Source: Promethearchaeota archaeon (GTDB lineage: Archaea > Asgardarchaeota > Heimdallarchaeia > Hodarchaeales > Hodarchaeaceae). Taken from it: a stretch of 19,001 nt of DNA. Positions 16,719 through 19,001 of the stretch are shown one piece after another. Position 1 is the stretch's first letter. Each line of letters starts with the position of its first letter. The notes below the pieces were generated by a model. It saw nothing but the letters and a program-made list of their open reading frames with translations, did not search any database and was not told where the DNA came from. A program made the position numbers and the translations under genes. The stretch lies in contig JBHLPG010000056.1 of the NCBI GenBank assembly GCA_048939725.1, forward strand, positions 1 through 19,001, read 5' to 3'.

Positions 16719-16722
16719 GGTG
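16717..16722 (+). promoter_or_regulatory. Shine-Dalgarno AAGGTG overlapping the tubulin-like stop codon
   Basis: AAGGTG lies 10 nt upstream of TTG 16733. The gap between the two genes is only 14 nt, which is consistent with translational coupling. Confidence 0.4.
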
Positions 16723-16732
16723 CTAGATCAAA

Positions 16733-17794
16733 TTGGACAGAAAAGATCCCCCAAGGTTTGAATACACTAACAAAGAACATCCAAACTCTAATGAATCTAA
16801 TGAAAAATCATCTGACCAAGATGAAGAAAAACTCCCTTCATCTGATTTTTGGATGTCCAGGGGAAACATGGGTGAGAAGATAAATATCCTTATAGGATTA
16901 AATCTCGTTCTTATAAACTTAGTTTCCTCATTTATGCTAACTAAGGATGATCCTATTCCTGGTGATTTGGTTAAAAGTCTAATCAAAACCCAGGAATTTC
17001 TTAATAAAATGGTCATGCAGCCAGAAAAAGGGTTAGAAATTTTAGAAAATATTGAAATAGTTTACTCCAAAGTGGCCACATTAATGGAGGGAGTTACAAA
17101 TTCTACTATGTCAACCATTGCTTTAGAAAAGAAACCTCAGGATGTCCCAGAAAATGTCTTTGGTTTATTTCAAAGAAATGCAGTCTACCTAGATAAATGG
17201 GGGATAATTGAAAGTATCGAAAACTTAATCGCTTCTTACTCAAATTTATCTCATATAGGTTTTCCGAATTTTTACTTCACTGCGAGTAAAGAGTTGCATC
17301 GTTATGAATTGACACAGGATCCTGTTTCAAACCAATATGATATTATTCAAATACCCTCCTTTCAACTTAGAAATCTGGTAAGTAAGTTATTACGTGAAGC
17401 ACCCGCAGCCCGTTTATTACAAAATCTTCGGAAAATGTTTCCTGCAGAAGAAGATTCAGCTCTTACTTCAATAGAACAAGATGAAATCCATAACATTGTA
17501 GAATTGTATTATAAAAACATTTCAGAATATTTTAGCGGAACTCGCAGCTTGCAGGATTCTCTCCGCATCTCATCAGGGATCTTAAAGAACTATAACCTAG
17601 GAACAGGAGATTTGGAATCAAGAATACCTAATGTTTCTTTTAATATTACAAAAGAAATCAATTTAGAGCTTCAAAATACGGAGAATATATTGAAACAGTA
17701 TATATTATCTGAAACCATCATCCTGATCCATCGATTGAATGATTCACTCTTACAGAGTGAAAGATTTGTCCTCTTCTTAAGACATCTAAAATAA
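16733..17794 (+). CDS. Hypothetical protein with an acidic/polar N-terminal tail, one hydrophobic (possible transmembrane) segment and a helical C-terminal domain of about 280 aa
   Basis: The ORF lies directly downstream of the tubulin-like gene. The hydrophobic stretch INILIGLNLVLINLVSSFML covers aa 50-69 (16880-16939). The N-terminal 45 aa are rich in Asn/Ser/Glu/Asp/Lys. Alternative starts are ATG 16853 and ATG 16868. Confidence 0.6.
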   Translation: MDRKDPPRFEYTNKEHPNSNESNEKSSDQDEEKLPSSDFWMSRGNMGEKINILIGLNLVLINLVSSFMLTKDDPIPGDLVKSLIKTQEFLNKMVMQPEKGLEILENIEIVYSKVATLMEGVTNSTMSTIALEKKPQDVPENVFGLFQRNAVYLDKWGIIESIENLIASYSNLSHIGFPNFYFTASKELHRYELTQDPVSNQYDIIQIPSFQLRNLVSKLLREAPAARLLQNLRKMFPAEEDSALTSIEQDEIHNIVELYYKNISEYFSGTRSLQDSLRISSGILKNYNLGTGDLESRIPNVSFNITKEINLELQNTENILKQYILSETIILIHRLNDSLLQSERFVLFLRHLK

Positions 17795-17798
17795 TAAC

Positions 17799-17804
17799 TT
17801 TTTT
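17799..17804 (+). terminator. Oligo-T (T6) tract, possible archaeal termination signal
   Basis: CTTTTTTA begins 4 nt after the stop at 17792-17794. Archaeal RNA polymerase commonly terminates at T-runs. Weak evidence. Confidence 0.25.
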
Positions 17805-17820
17805 ATGAAATAAGACATAA

Positions 17821-17836
17821 TTAAAAATATAAATTT
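17821..17836 (+). promoter_or_regulatory. TATA-box-like TTAAAAATATAAATTT, possible internal promoter for the 288-aa gene
   Basis: An AT-rich TATA-like element lies about 50-65 nt upstream of ATG 17886. It is followed by a GAGGT Shine-Dalgarno motif at 17875-17879, 6 nt before the ATG. Confidence 0.3.
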
Positions 17837-17885
17837 CATAATTATTTCTTGTCAAGACTGAAGGAACTATGTGTGAGGTAAGAAT

Positions 17886-18752
17886 ATGGGAATAGAAGAT
17901 GGTATTAAGAATATCCAACAGATGACAATAGAGAATAAGCAATCCCTTAATAGAATTAAAGATGTTGTAAGCTCACTTCAAGGATTTCAAGATCCTTCTG
18001 AATCAATCCAAAAGCTCTCAATGGTAATACTTGGTTTTGAAGAAAACATTAATTCCTTGCTTAAACTAGTTGAATCCTCTCGAATAAGTTCAGAGTTACA
18101 ATCTTCAATTGAAAGCCTTCCTCAAATGATCTCAAGCTTAGAGGAATCACTTGGTAAGATTCTTAGTACTTTTGAAAAAACTTCTGAAGAAACAAAAAAT
18201 GATTTAAAATTTATAAAAGTCAGTTACGTTGAAGACGTTGTTGGAAATATGCGTAATTTATCTAACAAAATTACTGAAGAGGTGGGTGGTTCCAACAACA
18301 GAATTACCGCGTTATATGAAGCAACAGTTGACCATTTTGGGGAAATAGTGGAAAAACTTAACAATGTTGAAAGTAGTTTAAACGCTCTAGTTGAGAATCA
18401 AGCAGATCAATTAGCCACAGTAGCAGATCTCAGGGATCGTGTTAGTGCAATCATTCAGGTTGAGTTAGCATCACTAAGAGATCGAATTGCAATATATCTT
18501 GAGACATCGATAAATGAGTTAAAAACATCAGTAACAGAACGCTTGGCTACCCAGGATGGTACTCTTCAAAACTTGACAAACGTCACCCGACAATTAACCC
18601 AGAACATTAATGCTTTACCTGAATTAGTAAAACAGCAAATAGAAGCAGCAGTTGAAACAAGAGTCACCACTGAACTCACTTCAATGGAAAAAGAAATGAA
18701 AAAGATGACTGCTTTTATTATCAGGGCCATGAAAGACAAAGATTCTTCATGA
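17886..18752 (+). CDS. Coiled-coil/helical-repeat protein (288 aa), function unknown
   Basis: ATG with a GAGGT Shine-Dalgarno motif. The sequence is almost free of Pro and Gly and is rich in Ser/Glu/Leu/Ile/Asn/Thr/Gln with heptad-like spacing (e.g. LASLRDRIAIYLETSINELKTSVTERL, LQNLTNVTRQLTQNINALPELVKQQIEAAVE). Confidence 0.7.
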   Translation: MGIEDGIKNIQQMTIENKQSLNRIKDVVSSLQGFQDPSESIQKLSMVILGFEENINSLLKLVESSRISSELQSSIESLPQMISSLEESLGKILSTFEKTSEETKNDLKFIKVSYVEDVVGNMRNLSNKITEEVGGSNNRITALYEATVDHFGEIVEKLNNVESSLNALVENQADQLATVADLRDRVSAIIQVELASLRDRIAIYLETSINELKTSVTERLATQDGTLQNLTNVTRQLTQNINALPELVKQQIEAAVETRVTTELTSMEKEMKKMTAFIIRAMKDKDSS

Positions 18753-19001
18753 TTCAGTAACGATTCGTTCAAAATTATACGCTTCAAATAGCCCTCGCTC
18801 TGTTAAGTATTTGAATAAATCAAGAATCTTCTCGCCATTATCCGTACCAAAACGTTCTAGACAATCATTGAAAGAAACCATGCTGTTTTTATCTAACATA
18901 TCATCAATTAATTCATCAAGGCTTTCCTGAGGAATATCATCCTGAATTTCTAGAGTTTTAGGAAATTCTTTGTAAAATGAATATAGCTTCCCCCCACGAG
19001 G
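18747..19001 (-). CDS. 3-prime part of a convergent gene running off the window (C-terminal 84 aa), function unknown
   Basis: The minus-strand frame is open from 19001 to a TGA stop (plus-strand TCA 18747-18749). It reads PRGGKLYSFYKEFPKTLEIQDDIPQESLDELIDDMLDKNSMVSFNDCLERFGTDNGEKILDLFKYLTERGLFEAYNFERIVTES. It is absent from the ORF track because the start lies outside the window. Confidence 0.45.
   Translation of the reverse strand, partial: PRGGKLYSFYKEFPKTLEIQDDIPQESLDELIDDMLDKNSMVSFNDCLERFGTDNGEKILDLFKYLTERGLFEAYNFERIVTES

Noticed and set aside
16076-18787. Minus-strand ORFs at 16076-16351, 16723-17016, 17718-17942 and 18566-18787.
   Set aside because: Each is antisense to a better-supported plus-strand gene or spans an AT-rich spacer. 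The real minus-strand gene at the right edge is in a different frame (18747-19001).
1-19001. I looked for CRISPR repeats, tRNA/rRNA genes, transposases or integrases, terminal inverted repeats and known defence-system hallmarks.
   Set aside because: None was seen. No periodic direct repeats, no cloverleaf-like GC-rich segments, and no DDE, tyrosine-recombinase or nuclease-helicase motif sets appear in any long ORF.

Overview
AT-rich (about mid-30s % GC by eye), tightly packed archaeal chromosomal window with 15 supportable protein-coding genes and frequent TTG/GTG starts preceded by GGAG- or GAAGTGA-type Shine-Dalgarno sequences. I found no rRNA, tRNA, CRISPR array, transposase or integrase by eye. 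Recognisable genes are endonuclease Q, NreA, a ribose-1,5-bisphosphate-isomerase-type eIF2B paralog, CDC48/VCP and a CinA-like protein. These sit beside several eukaryotic-signature-type genes: a Roadblock/LC7 protein, a three-domain longin/Roadblock-like protein, an Arf-like GTPase with an extra C-terminal alpha/beta domain, and a tubulin/FtsZ/CetZ-superfamily GTPase. This combination suggests an Asgard (Lokiarchaeia-like) archaeon, which is inference only. The best candidate for an undescribed system is the co-directional cluster at 11792-18752. It encodes a 1171-aa all-helical protein with internal periodicity, then the divergent tubulin-superfamily GTPase, then a protein with one hydrophobic (possible membrane) segment, then a 288-aa coiled-coil protein. 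I read this as a possible cytoskeletal or membrane-remodelling module. Secondary points are the Arf-like GTPase, whose P-loop lies upstream of any canonical in-frame start codon, the Roadblock/longin cluster at 319-2687, and an EndoQ-NreA repair tandem with a canonical C-terminal PIP box on NreA. All family assignments rest on motif recognition from the translated ORFs and have not been confirmed by searches.
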